Part shown: positions 56,476 to 64,000 of the stretch, in pieces
How positions within the stretch are numbered: the stretch's first letter is position 1
Layout: each line of letters starts with the position of its first letter
IMG/VR virus record: IMGVR_UViG_3300045412_000547
Origin: a virus
Reading direction: 5' to 3' (one strand)
DNA length: 64,000 nucleotides
Made by a program: the position numbers and the translations under genes
Notes under the pieces: generated by a model
Databases searched by the model: none
What the model was told of the DNA's origin: nothing
What the model saw: only the letters and a program-made list of their open reading frames with translations

Positions 56476-57565
56476 CTACAGATGTATTAGAATGGTATGA
56501 GTATTCGTTTTGAAGTATCTTGTCAAGCTCAGGAATAATAAACCCGTCATAAAAAGCTGCATCTTTAGCAAAGTTTTTTGCATAACCAAGTTTATCACCT
56601 TTTTTATATTTACCACAATCAATACCAACAGTAAAAGTAGGCCCGCTCTGAACAACAATATTACGAGCTGATGCCATAGCGAGCAAACCGCTGTACTTGT
56701 TAAGACCTGTTTTAAAAGATAAGTACATTTCAGCTTCTAGAAATGGCGGTAAAAACCTATTTTTAACTGTAAGAGCTCGAATAGTAGTACCGGTATATTT
56801 GTTCGCTTCTGCTAACTTAACATCATCCAGTAAACTATCTCCTTCGCCTTCTTTTTCGTTTCGTTTGGCTAGTTGAACTAAAATACTAGACATGTAGAGA
56901 GGACCGGATCCGCCGGCTTGGTTTTTAACTAAGCTTGGATACATTGAAGCTGGGTCGTCATATGTATGGTTGGTAAATAAAATTGTAACTCCTGCTTTAG
57001 CAGCCTTAAAAGTTAGTACTCGAAACATACTTTTAAGAGACTTAGCTCTCAGACCCATATCTGCTGCAGATTTATCTTTCACTACATCATCAAGTTCTTT
57101 TTGAGATGCAAGATTACCTAAACTATCAATACTAATAATAAATTTACCTTTAGCATTATTTTCTATAACACTATCTAAAAAAGTAGAAATTTGATTACGA
57201 CATTGATCAATAGTATCTACCGGGACATACTTTGTGCCTTCCGCATTAAGACCGACACCTTTCGTACTATTTTCATCAATAGCAATTTCAGTATCAAAAA
57301 TAACAGGGTACAAGCCTTGTTTTTGTGCATTTGCTAAAATTTTATTTACTATAAACGTTTTACCTGTTTGACTTGGACCAGAAAAACCAACTATACGGCC
57401 TTTAGGTACTCCGCCCTTAATACAACTGCCACCCAAAATTGCATTTAGAGCATAGCAACCAGTATCATACCAAGTATCAACTTTGCTTAAAGCATTTTCA
57501 TTTAAAAACGAAGCCTCACTATTGAGACTGTCCAAAGACGCGAATATCTTATTAAGATCTTTCAT
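56459..57565 (-). CDS. uvsX: RecA-like recombinase UvsX
   Basis: DTG.YALNA, GPSQTGKT, FDTE, IDSLGNLAS, DMG.RAK.LKS.FR, FTNHTY. Confidence 0.95.
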   Translation of the reverse strand: MKDLNKIFASLDSLNSEASFLNENALSKVDTWYDTGCYALNAILGGSCIKGGVPKGRIVGFSGPSQTGKTFIVNKILANAQKQGLYPVIFDTEIAIDENSTKGVGLNAEGTKYVPVDTIDQCRNQISTFLDSVIENNAKGKFIISIDSLGNLASQKELDDVVKDKSAADMGLRAKSLKSMFRVLTFKAAKAGVTILFTNHTYDDPASMYPSLVKNQAGGSGPLYMSSILVQLAKRNEKEGEGDSLLDDVKLAEANKYTGTTIRALTVKNRFLPPFLEAEMYLSFKTGLNKYSGLLAMASARNIVVQSGPTFTVGIDCGKYKKGDKLGYAKNFAKDAAFYDGFIIPELDKILQNEYSYHSNTSVDEPVE

Positions 57566-57571
57566 TATTCT

Positions 57572-57598
57572 ATTTTAATATATTTTTTAAAAAATCAA
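57572..57598 (-). promoter_or_regulatory. Early/middle promoter (uvsX-queC)
   Basis: TTGATT-N15-TAAAAT-N6-ATG. Confidence 0.6.
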
Positions 57599-57634
57599 TA
57601 AAAACGCCCTACATATTTTATTATGTAGGGCGTT
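57599..57634 (-). terminator. Probable intrinsic terminator (13-bp stem)
   Basis: AACGCCCTACATA / TATGTAGGGCGTT inverted repeat with a short T-run on the minus strand, after gene 57649..58026. Confidence 0.7.
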
Positions 57635-57648
57635 AATACAAGCTTAAC

Positions 57649-58026
57649 TTATTCGTCAAATAACTTTATAACACGCTCGTCTTTTTGTTCGGCTTGTTTT
57701 GGAGCTTCTCCAGGAGCATTTGAAAAAAGCCTCTCATACTGAGTAATAAGCCTTTCATCATTTCGTACATCGGTTCCCATTACTACGCTGGCATAGTTAA
57801 ACTTCCATACGGTACCAGCTTCACGAGATTTCTCACCTAAAAACTCTCTAAAGTACATAGGAATAGTTTGTACATTCAGCTGACCTGTTTGGGTCGGCTG
57901 AACGTGAATAATGGCAGGGTTTCTAACTAAAAAAGCAGCTCCCTTATCAATGTCCCCTTCAGAAGTACCGATAATAGTTCTGCCAATATGATCTACGAAT
58001 GTGACAATATTATTTGTTTTGCTCAT
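57649..58026 (-). CDS. Conserved phage protein with a possible Sm-like fold
   Basis: G.TIIG..V.NPA.I..Q....L....IP..L...Y.R.FS; has its own promoter and terminator. Confidence 0.55.
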   Translation of the reverse strand: MSKTNNIVTFVDHIGRTIIGTSEGDIDKGAAFLVRNPAIIHVQPTQTGQLNVQTIPMYFREFLGEKSREAGTVWKFNYASVVMGTDVRNDERLITQYERLFSNAPGEAPKQAEQKDERVIKLFDE

Positions 58027-58033
58027 ATATCTT

Positions 58034-58061
58034 ATGTTATGAGATAGGTTTTAAAAATCAA
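58034..58061 (-). promoter_or_regulatory. Early/middle promoter
   Basis: TTGATT-N16-TAACAT-N7-ATG. Confidence 0.6.
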
Positions 58062-58066
58062 CGCTT

Positions 58067-60649
58067 TTATTTTAGTAATTCAAATAAATCTGTCTTAACT
58101 TGATTACCGGGAGATTTCAGCTTCCAATTCACAGCAGAATAAAAACGGTCAATTACACTGTAAATAATTTTCTGAAACATAAGCTCATGATCAGGCTTAA
58201 AATTATCCTTGAATTCTTTTGGATAGTAATATTTGTATCCTAACACAGAAATCCCAAATTTATTTGGTTGTTGGGTGTAAAAAAACCTTACTTTATCTCC
58301 GGATGCAAGTTTTTCGTATTTTTTATCTATTCCAAATTTTTCTAAAAGTTTGTTATGATAATATGCAGATTTAACATGGATAGGCATGTGCTTAGCTGTT
58401 TTAAAGCCGTCACATTGAGATCCATATTTTTCAAAGCCTTTTATTCCCATGGTAAAAGCTATATCTTCAACTGGCAGCTGTTTAAATATTTCATAAGTTT
58501 CATTAAAAATTTTATTCGTTTCATGTAAATCTTTTGTTAAAAGCATGGTTTCAATAATCTTTTTTACTTTAGGTTTAATTGGAGTAGGCATTGTTGTACG
58601 TACAACTTCAACACCTGTATACTTAAACTTATTACATGGTATACCTTCTTCATCTAAAATATGAATAACATATCTTTTCTTTTGTAAAAACAGCCCAACA
58701 TCGGCAATAGCTTCTCGTTTAAAATTTAATCTACAATCTGTTGATCGTAGTGCTGCTATTCCCCATTTTTTTATTTCTACATTTAAAAAATCCTCAATTT
58801 CTTGAACTAATTTATAATATTCCGGTGTTATCCTACCCTTAGAATCTAACATCTTAATGTCAAGTTTTTCTACTAATAGTTTTATAGAGATATAAGAACT
58901 ATCTGTATCGTTATAAATGATCGGTGTATTTTCATTTACATCTTTTTCTGTTAGATTGGCTTTAGCTTTTATATATTCAGAAAGTAATTTATTTGATTGT
59001 TTAATTACAGATTGTCCTGTTAACGTGATTGATTCTGCAAGTTGATCATCACCAAGAGGGCTATGTTTATTACCAAAATACCCATAAATGGTATTAATTA
59101 AAATTTTAATAGTGTGTTGCTTAATATTTACATTAAAAATTTCCTGTTGAGTGCTTTTATATTCAGAAGAGCCCTTTTCTAAAGTAATTAATTTACGCTT
59201 TAAATGTTTTAATTGTTTTTTAAGCTCTACTCTTTTTTCGTAGTAATAATCTACTGTTATAGGTATAATTCCTTTTTCTTTTTGAGAAAATAAAACTTTA
59301 GCTTTTGATATAGCTATTTTTTCTTTAGATATAAAATTTACAAAATTTTCATGGGAAAGCTTGAATGTCTGTCCGTTTACGTGATCAATTGTAATTTCTT
59401 TATCTGTCTTTTCTGTAATAACCCCTACTTTTGTTTCGGGAGATAAATTAAGAGTAATCATCACATTTGGGTAGAGACTATTTGCATCAAAAGATACAAT
59501 ATACTCCTGAAAACCTTGTTTAGGTTCACTTACATATGCACCCTCATTTTTTCCGTCTTCTTCAACACCCTTATTAAAAGTTGGTATTCTTTGGTTGCGT
59601 TGACGAGCTTTAATAGCACATAAGCCTGTAATAACAGAAAGGGAACCTAATGCACCTTCAAATGTAGTTAGCCCTGCATAAGCTATCATTCGCAATAATG
59701 ACAAATATTGAAGCTTTTCTTCCAATCGTACTAACAAATTAACGTCTTGAACGTTATATTCAACAAACATATCCCAATTTGTATCTGCAAGTCCCGATAA
59801 ATTAGTATCTCCATAATCTACTTTACTTTCACCTAATTCTGTACTTCCAATATTATCCAACTTATATGATTCTCTTAGTGTCGGACAAAATCTCTTATAT
59901 ATATCTAAATAATCAACACAGGATATTCCTTCTATATGCCACTTTATCTGTTCCTTGCCAAACTTACCAACAAAAGTCCGAGCACGAATTGTGTTAATAG
60001 GGGAAAGTCTTTTTGCTTCATCTTCACCGAGAATTTTTACAATACGATTTACTATGTAAGGTATATCAAAAAATTCGCTATTCCACCCGGATAATATATC
60101 TGGATAATCAGACTGTAAAAAATTTAAAAACCTTGTAAAAAGTTCTTTTTCAGTCTTACAGTGTATATAGGTAAAATTATCTTTCTTTTTAGAATATGAT
60201 TTGAGCCCCCAAGTATAGAAATGTTTTCTTAACGAATCGTAAATCGTAATAATATTAACTGGATGTTGTGGGCTTTCAGGTACAGGAAATTCATCTGGGC
60301 TGTAAGTTTCAATATCTATAAAATAAACTTTCAATTCGTGTTTAGTAAATTCATCTGTTTCGTTTTTCTGCCAGAAAGTATCGATAAGAAACTGCTGTTG
60401 AACGTTAAAATTTTCAAACAACCGTTCTACTTTATTATCTTTTAAATATTTGTATCTTTCAGCCTGATTGCGGAATGTTTTCTTTTTTAATTTAGTATTA
60501 AAAATGCTTGTACAATCAGAATGATTATTCGTTTCTAGATATATGTAAGGATTGTAGCTAGTGTCATATTGAGTACGTTTTCCTTCACTATCCCAGGAAA
60601 ACAATCGCATGACCTGCTGATTTGGAATATAAGCACAGTTTCTATACAC
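58067..60649 (-). CDS. gp43: Family B DNA polymerase
   Basis: DIET, GWNSEFFDIPY, SFDANSLYP, KILINTIYGYFG, YNDTDS, KKRY. Confidence 0.98.
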   Translation of the reverse strand: MYRNCAYIPNQQVMRLFSWDSEGKRTQYDTSYNPYIYLETNNHSDCTSIFNTKLKKKTFRNQAERYKYLKDNKVERLFENFNVQQQFLIDTFWQKNETDEFTKHELKVYFIDIETYSPDEFPVPESPQHPVNIITIYDSLRKHFYTWGLKSYSKKKDNFTYIHCKTEKELFTRFLNFLQSDYPDILSGWNSEFFDIPYIVNRIVKILGEDEAKRLSPINTIRARTFVGKFGKEQIKWHIEGISCVDYLDIYKRFCPTLRESYKLDNIGSTELGESKVDYGDTNLSGLADTNWDMFVEYNVQDVNLLVRLEEKLQYLSLLRMIAYAGLTTFEGALGSLSVITGLCAIKARQRNQRIPTFNKGVEEDGKNEGAYVSEPKQGFQEYIVSFDANSLYPNVMITLNLSPETKVGVITEKTDKEITIDHVNGQTFKLSHENFVNFISKEKIAISKAKVLFSQKEKGIIPITVDYYYEKRVELKKQLKHLKRKLITLEKGSSEYKSTQQEIFNVNIKQHTIKILINTIYGYFGNKHSPLGDDQLAESITLTGQSVIKQSNKLLSEYIKAKANLTEKDVNENTPIIYNDTDSSYISIKLLVEKLDIKMLDSKGRITPEYYKLVQEIEDFLNVEIKKWGIAALRSTDCRLNFKREAIADVGLFLQKKRYVIHILDEEGIPCNKFKYTGVEVVRTTMPTPIKPKVKKIIETMLLTKDLHETNKIFNETYEIFKQLPVEDIAFTMGIKGFEKYGSQCDGFKTAKHMPIHVKSAYYHNKLLEKFGIDKKYEKLASGDKVRFFYTQQPNKFGISVLGYKYYYPKEFKDNFKPDHELMFQKIIYSVIDRFYSAVNWKLKSPGNQVKTDLFELLK

Positions 60650-60655
60650 AATTAA

Positions 60656-60683
60656 ATTTTAAGAGATACAACATTTTAATCAA
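60656..60683 (-). promoter_or_regulatory. Early/middle promoter (DNA polymerase)
   Basis: TTGATT-N16-TAAAAT-N6-GTG. Confidence 0.75.
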
Positions 60684-61897
60684 GAAAGACCATTACAGGC
60701 ATTTAAGAGGCGTCTTTCCGGGTGACCATAAGGTAAGGTATAAAGCTCTAAATATTTGTTAATATTATCTTCGTTTTCTAGCCAGCGATCCCCGGCGACT
60801 TTACGAGCTTTAGCACACATATTCATGTATTTGCCTTTCTTTTCTAAGGTTTGATCTATAGCCTCAATCATATCATCACCGGTTTTAAACTTAATAGGAG
60901 CATCAGCATATGTACACAAATCTTGACATGCAATTGGCAAACCAAAGCAACTGGACTCTATGTATTTTAAATCACTTTTAGCTTTATTAAAAGTGTTGTC
61001 TTGTAAAGGTGCTACAAGCATATTAACACGGAGACTAAAGATTTTTTCAGGATAATTATATAGTGATTCCCAGGTGTGAAATTCAAATTGTTTAGCTTGA
61101 ACTAAAGGATGAAACCTCATCGGATAAGCCCCGAGAAATACCCATTGATATTTGTGCATAGTACCTAAAATTGCTTCTAAGACATGTTCAAAATCATCTT
61201 TTTGACCTACTCGATTATCTACATCAAAATGAGCTCCCGAACCAGCATATAGAATACGCGGTCGCTCTTTATACAAGTCATAATTTTCTGAAATACGTTT
61301 CTCATCATAATAATGGCCCATCCACCATTTAGGGGGATAATTTGGTATTTTAGTTACATTTTTATTATTTGTTTTAGATTTATAATATTCTCTCATGAAA
61401 TCGCATGTAACGGTTATTTCATCACAAAGTTCCATAATTTGTTGAGAGGTACTTCTAATTTCATCAGCTATAAAAGCGGGTTTAAATTTATTGTATTCAG
61501 GTATATCTTCACGGAACACCAAATCATCAATTTCATATATAATTCTAAAGCTTATTTGTTTTTGAACTTCTTTTAAAAACTGAACAAACTTTAATTGAGC
61601 TGGTGTAGCCTGTCTTTGAATCCGAACAGCTTTGGCACCTATAAAATAACGGGGATCAAAGCACATGACCGTGCTACCATGTACGGTCATTTTTTGATGT
61701 GCGTTGAGTAAGTGCTCTGGCCATATTAACCGCCAAAAACCACAACCGCTGTAATCTGCATAATAATTTAATGCGCGGGGTAAATGGATCTCTGGAGGCA
61801 CCGGATTCGTTTCTGGTGGTGGACCAGCCATAAAAGGATGCGGAGCAACAAATGGAGAAGATCCAAACGGTGAGGCAAAAGGCGATGGGCCGAACAT
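60680..61897 (-). CDS. GT-B (GT4-like) glycosyltransferase
   Basis: SGCGFWRL.WP, IYEIDDL, CD.ITVT, IPNY, APL.DN.FN.AKS.LKYIE. Confidence 0.85.
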   Translation of the reverse strand: MFGPSPFASPFGSSPFVAPHPFMAGPPPETNPVPPEIHLPRALNYYADYSGCGFWRLIWPEHLLNAHQKMTVHGSTVMCFDPRYFIGAKAVRIQRQATPAQLKFVQFLKEVQKQISFRIIYEIDDLVFREDIPEYNKFKPAFIADEIRSTSQQIMELCDEITVTCDFMREYYKSKTNNKNVTKIPNYPPKWWMGHYYDEKRISENYDLYKERPRILYAGSGAHFDVDNRVGQKDDFEHVLEAILGTMHKYQWVFLGAYPMRFHPLVQAKQFEFHTWESLYNYPEKIFSLRVNMLVAPLQDNTFNKAKSDLKYIESSCFGLPIACQDLCTYADAPIKFKTGDDMIEAIDQTLEKKGKYMNMCAKARKVAGDRWLENEDNINKYLELYTLPYGHPERRLLNACNGLS

Positions 61898-61911
61898 CTT
61901 AGTAATTATTG

Positions 61912-63717
61912 TTAGTTAGGTAGATAATCAACTTTTCTTGTGATTCCATTACGTTTTTCTAAAAATATGATATCACCGGAAGCAGACTTAACACTTTCTT
62001 TTCTATGACTTATAATCATGACCGATTCATTAAAATTTTGTACACGTTCTCTTAATATATTAATAACTAAATCAACACCTTTCTCGTCAAGACTCGAATC
62101 AAACAATTCATCATATATACTAAAATTATATGTCACGTCACCCTGTAATCTACGTATATCCATAAAAGCAAACAAACATGCTAAGTCTATATTCTTTCTT
62201 TCTGCACCACTAAAATTGAAATAAGAACATAGCTTGCCTTTATCATCTATTATCTCTTCTTCAAAATATTCATTAAATGTACAGTGACAATTAGCATCCA
62301 TCTTTTTTAAATAAAAAATGAGTTTCGAATTAAACAATTGTAAAATCTTTTTAACAATATATGCTTTTACACCTTCTTCTGAAACAACGAATTTAGCAGT
62401 TTCTTGAAGCTTGATAGCTTTTTTTAGTTCATCTATTTTTTTATTAATCACTTTTAGTTTTTTATTTTGATCATCAATAAGACTATCATAATTTTTTACA
62501 TTATTTTTTATATCTTTTAAATCTTGATCTAATTCAATCTGCCAGGCTTCCAGTTGTTTTTTTCTACTTAATGTATTGTCATAATCCTTTTTTTCTAAGT
62601 TAAAATTATTAATTTTAGTTTGAAATGTTTTAATTTTTTCATCTAATTTCTTTTCTAAAGATAGCAATGTTTCTACATCCTTTTCATTTTTTTCTATTTC
62701 TTCATCATACTCGTCAATTTGCTTGTTAATTTTTTCTTTTTCTTTTTCTATATGCTTTTTATCAATATCTACTATATTTCGTAAGCACATCGGGCATTTT
62801 CCTTTTAATGTGTCTATAGTAGAGAATTGCTTATTGAGCTGCTTAATAAAAGTTTGTTTTTCAGAAATGTTATGGCGAATTTTTATAAGTTTAGAGTCTA
62901 CTTTTTCAATATTATTTCTTTGTTCATCAATCTGCTTTTCAATTTCTGAAACATCATGCTTTACAAAAGCTTTAAGCTTTTTCTCTATAGAAATTAACTC
63001 ATCTGCATTATTCTTTTTTCTATTTTCGTATTTTGCTTTGCGCGCTTTTTGTTCAGCCTCTGTGCTTACTTTTTGTTTTTCTAAGACTGTAATATTTCGC
63101 TCTATTTCATCAAATTTAGTAGATTCAATATCAAATTCACGTTTAGTATCAATTATATCTTCTTTTAATCTAGAAAGCATATCACTAAACACGCTTAAAT
63201 TAAAAATATCTTCAATAAATTTTCTTTTATCTTGTTTCTTCTTTGCCATAAACGGAATAGTATTATTCACTGTCATAATAACACAGTTTTGAAACACATC
63301 TTCGGTACAATTTAGAAGCTGTAAAATATACTCGTTGGTATTAGTGATACTATCTCGGGTAACGTCTTTGCCATTTATTTTTAAATAACACCGAGACGGT
63401 TCTAATGATCTCGTAATTTGTATATCATCTTTTTTGCCTAAATTTTCTATTTCAATATCCAAAACAACTTCACAATTTGTTTTATTAATATTATTAACTA
63501 TAAGTTCTTTTTTAAGATCACGTAGCGTGTTACCAAACACCCCGAAATGTATAGCATCTGCAACAGTAGATTTACCTACACCGTTTCTGCGGTCCTCTTT
63601 ATCGCGATTAACACCGGTTATAATATGAAGACCGGATTTAAACTCTACTTCTACAGGTTCTTTTCCTACGGATAAAAAGTTTTTAAGAGATACTTTTTTA
63701 AATGCAATATTTTTCAT
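61912..63717 (-). CDS. gp46: Rad50/SbcC-like recombination ATPase
   Basis: KNFLSVG, NGVGKST, CPMC zinc hook, FSGAE, YDELFDSSLD, ISH. Confidence 0.95.
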   Translation of the reverse strand: MKNIAFKKVSLKNFLSVGKEPVEVEFKSGLHIITGVNRDKEDRRNGVGKSTVADAIHFGVFGNTLRDLKKELIVNNINKTNCEVVLDIEIENLGKKDDIQITRSLEPSRCYLKINGKDVTRDSITNTNEYILQLLNCTEDVFQNCVIMTVNNTIPFMAKKKQDKRKFIEDIFNLSVFSDMLSRLKEDIIDTKREFDIESTKFDEIERNITVLEKQKVSTEAEQKARKAKYENRKKNNADELISIEKKLKAFVKHDVSEIEKQIDEQRNNIEKVDSKLIKIRHNISEKQTFIKQLNKQFSTIDTLKGKCPMCLRNIVDIDKKHIEKEKEKINKQIDEYDEEIEKNEKDVETLLSLEKKLDEKIKTFQTKINNFNLEKKDYDNTLSRKKQLEAWQIELDQDLKDIKNNVKNYDSLIDDQNKKLKVINKKIDELKKAIKLQETAKFVVSEEGVKAYIVKKILQLFNSKLIFYLKKMDANCHCTFNEYFEEEIIDDKGKLCSYFNFSGAERKNIDLACLFAFMDIRRLQGDVTYNFSIYDELFDSSLDEKGVDLVINILRERVQNFNESVMIISHRKESVKSASGDIIFLEKRNGITRKVDYLPN

Positions 63718-64000
63718 TTACATTTTTGGTATAAATCAATACAATACTTAGCTACTTCATCCTTATCTTCGATTTCAAGCAGGTTTACAAATTCATTAAT
63801 AGCCTGAGTAATATCCACACCGCCCAAGTCATATCTATTTTCTTCAGGTACGCTTAACCGGTCCACAGCAAGAGAATAATCTACAGAAAGAGACTGTGGT
63901 TTATGAAGAGATACCTTTTTTAATAAACTATCAATATTTTCGCTAGATATTTTTTTATCAATAACAAATTTTACTATGTTCTTTGAAAACATAGCTTCAA
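63714..64000 (-). CDS. gp47: C-terminal part of a probable Mre11/SbcD-like nuclease (gp47), 5'-truncated
   Basis: The frame stays open to the window edge; overlaps the gp46 start as in T4; NIVKFVID...EFV..LY C-terminal pattern. Confidence 0.65.
   Translation of the reverse strand, partial: EAMFSKNIVKFVIDKKISSENIDSLLKKVSLHKPQSLSVDYSLAVDRLSVPEENRYDLGGVDITQAINEFVNLLEIEDKDEVAKYCIDLYQKCK

Noticed and set aside
38928-60649. Inteins, introns or homing endonucleases in terminase, helicase, UvsX or polymerase
   Set aside because: Protein lengths are normal and motifs are contiguous.
62018-63628. Plus-strand hydrophobic ORFs opposite gp46 (and similar short ORFs opposite other core genes)
   Set aside because: They are antisense shadows of K/E-rich coiled-coil coding sequence.
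1-64000. Stop-codon reassignment as seen in some large phages
   Set aside because: Core genes are full length in the standard code, coding density is high, and TAA, TGA and TAG all terminate genes.
1-64000. tRNA/rRNA genes, integrase, transposase or reverse transcriptase
   Set aside because: None were recognised. Intergenic gaps are too short or too AT-rich for structured RNAs, and no RT motifs were seen, so a complete DGR is not claimed.

Overview
This 64-kb window is part of an AT-rich (~30% GC by eye), T4-like large myophage genome read in the standard genetic code, with most genes on the minus strand. From 1 to 20.8 kb it encodes large virion-surface proteins (LamG, RCC1 plus L-lectin, a Nal1-type serine protease, BspA-type LRRs, and PKD/beta-propeller domains), many joined by Thr-Pro mucin-like linkers. 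From 20.8 to 42.7 kb it encodes baseplate, tail, terminase and neck genes. From 44.9 to 64 kb it holds the replication/recombination module (gp61, 45, 32, 59-like, 41, UvsX, 43, 46, 47). Embedded in that module are QueC, a class-II glutamine amidotransferase, two glycosyltransferases, an NDP-sugar epimerase/reductase, a degenerate DHH protein and ribosomal protein bS21. Four observations stand out. (1) Both promoter classes (TAAATA late boxes and a TTGAWW-N16-TAAAAT early/middle motif) sit 4-7 nt before start codons, implying a largely leaderless transcriptome in a phage that carries its own bS21. (2) A GC-rich LRR array varies mostly at adenines and NNT codons, resembling a diversity-generating retroelement (DGR) target, although no reverse transcriptase is in the window. 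(3) A divergent QueC + GATase + glycosyltransferase cluster sits among the replication genes and may hypermodify DNA. (4) Virion proteins are enriched in an L-S-[AGS] motif and mucin-like repeats, suggesting phage-directed virion glycosylation. All annotations come from motif recognition by eye; no database searches were run.
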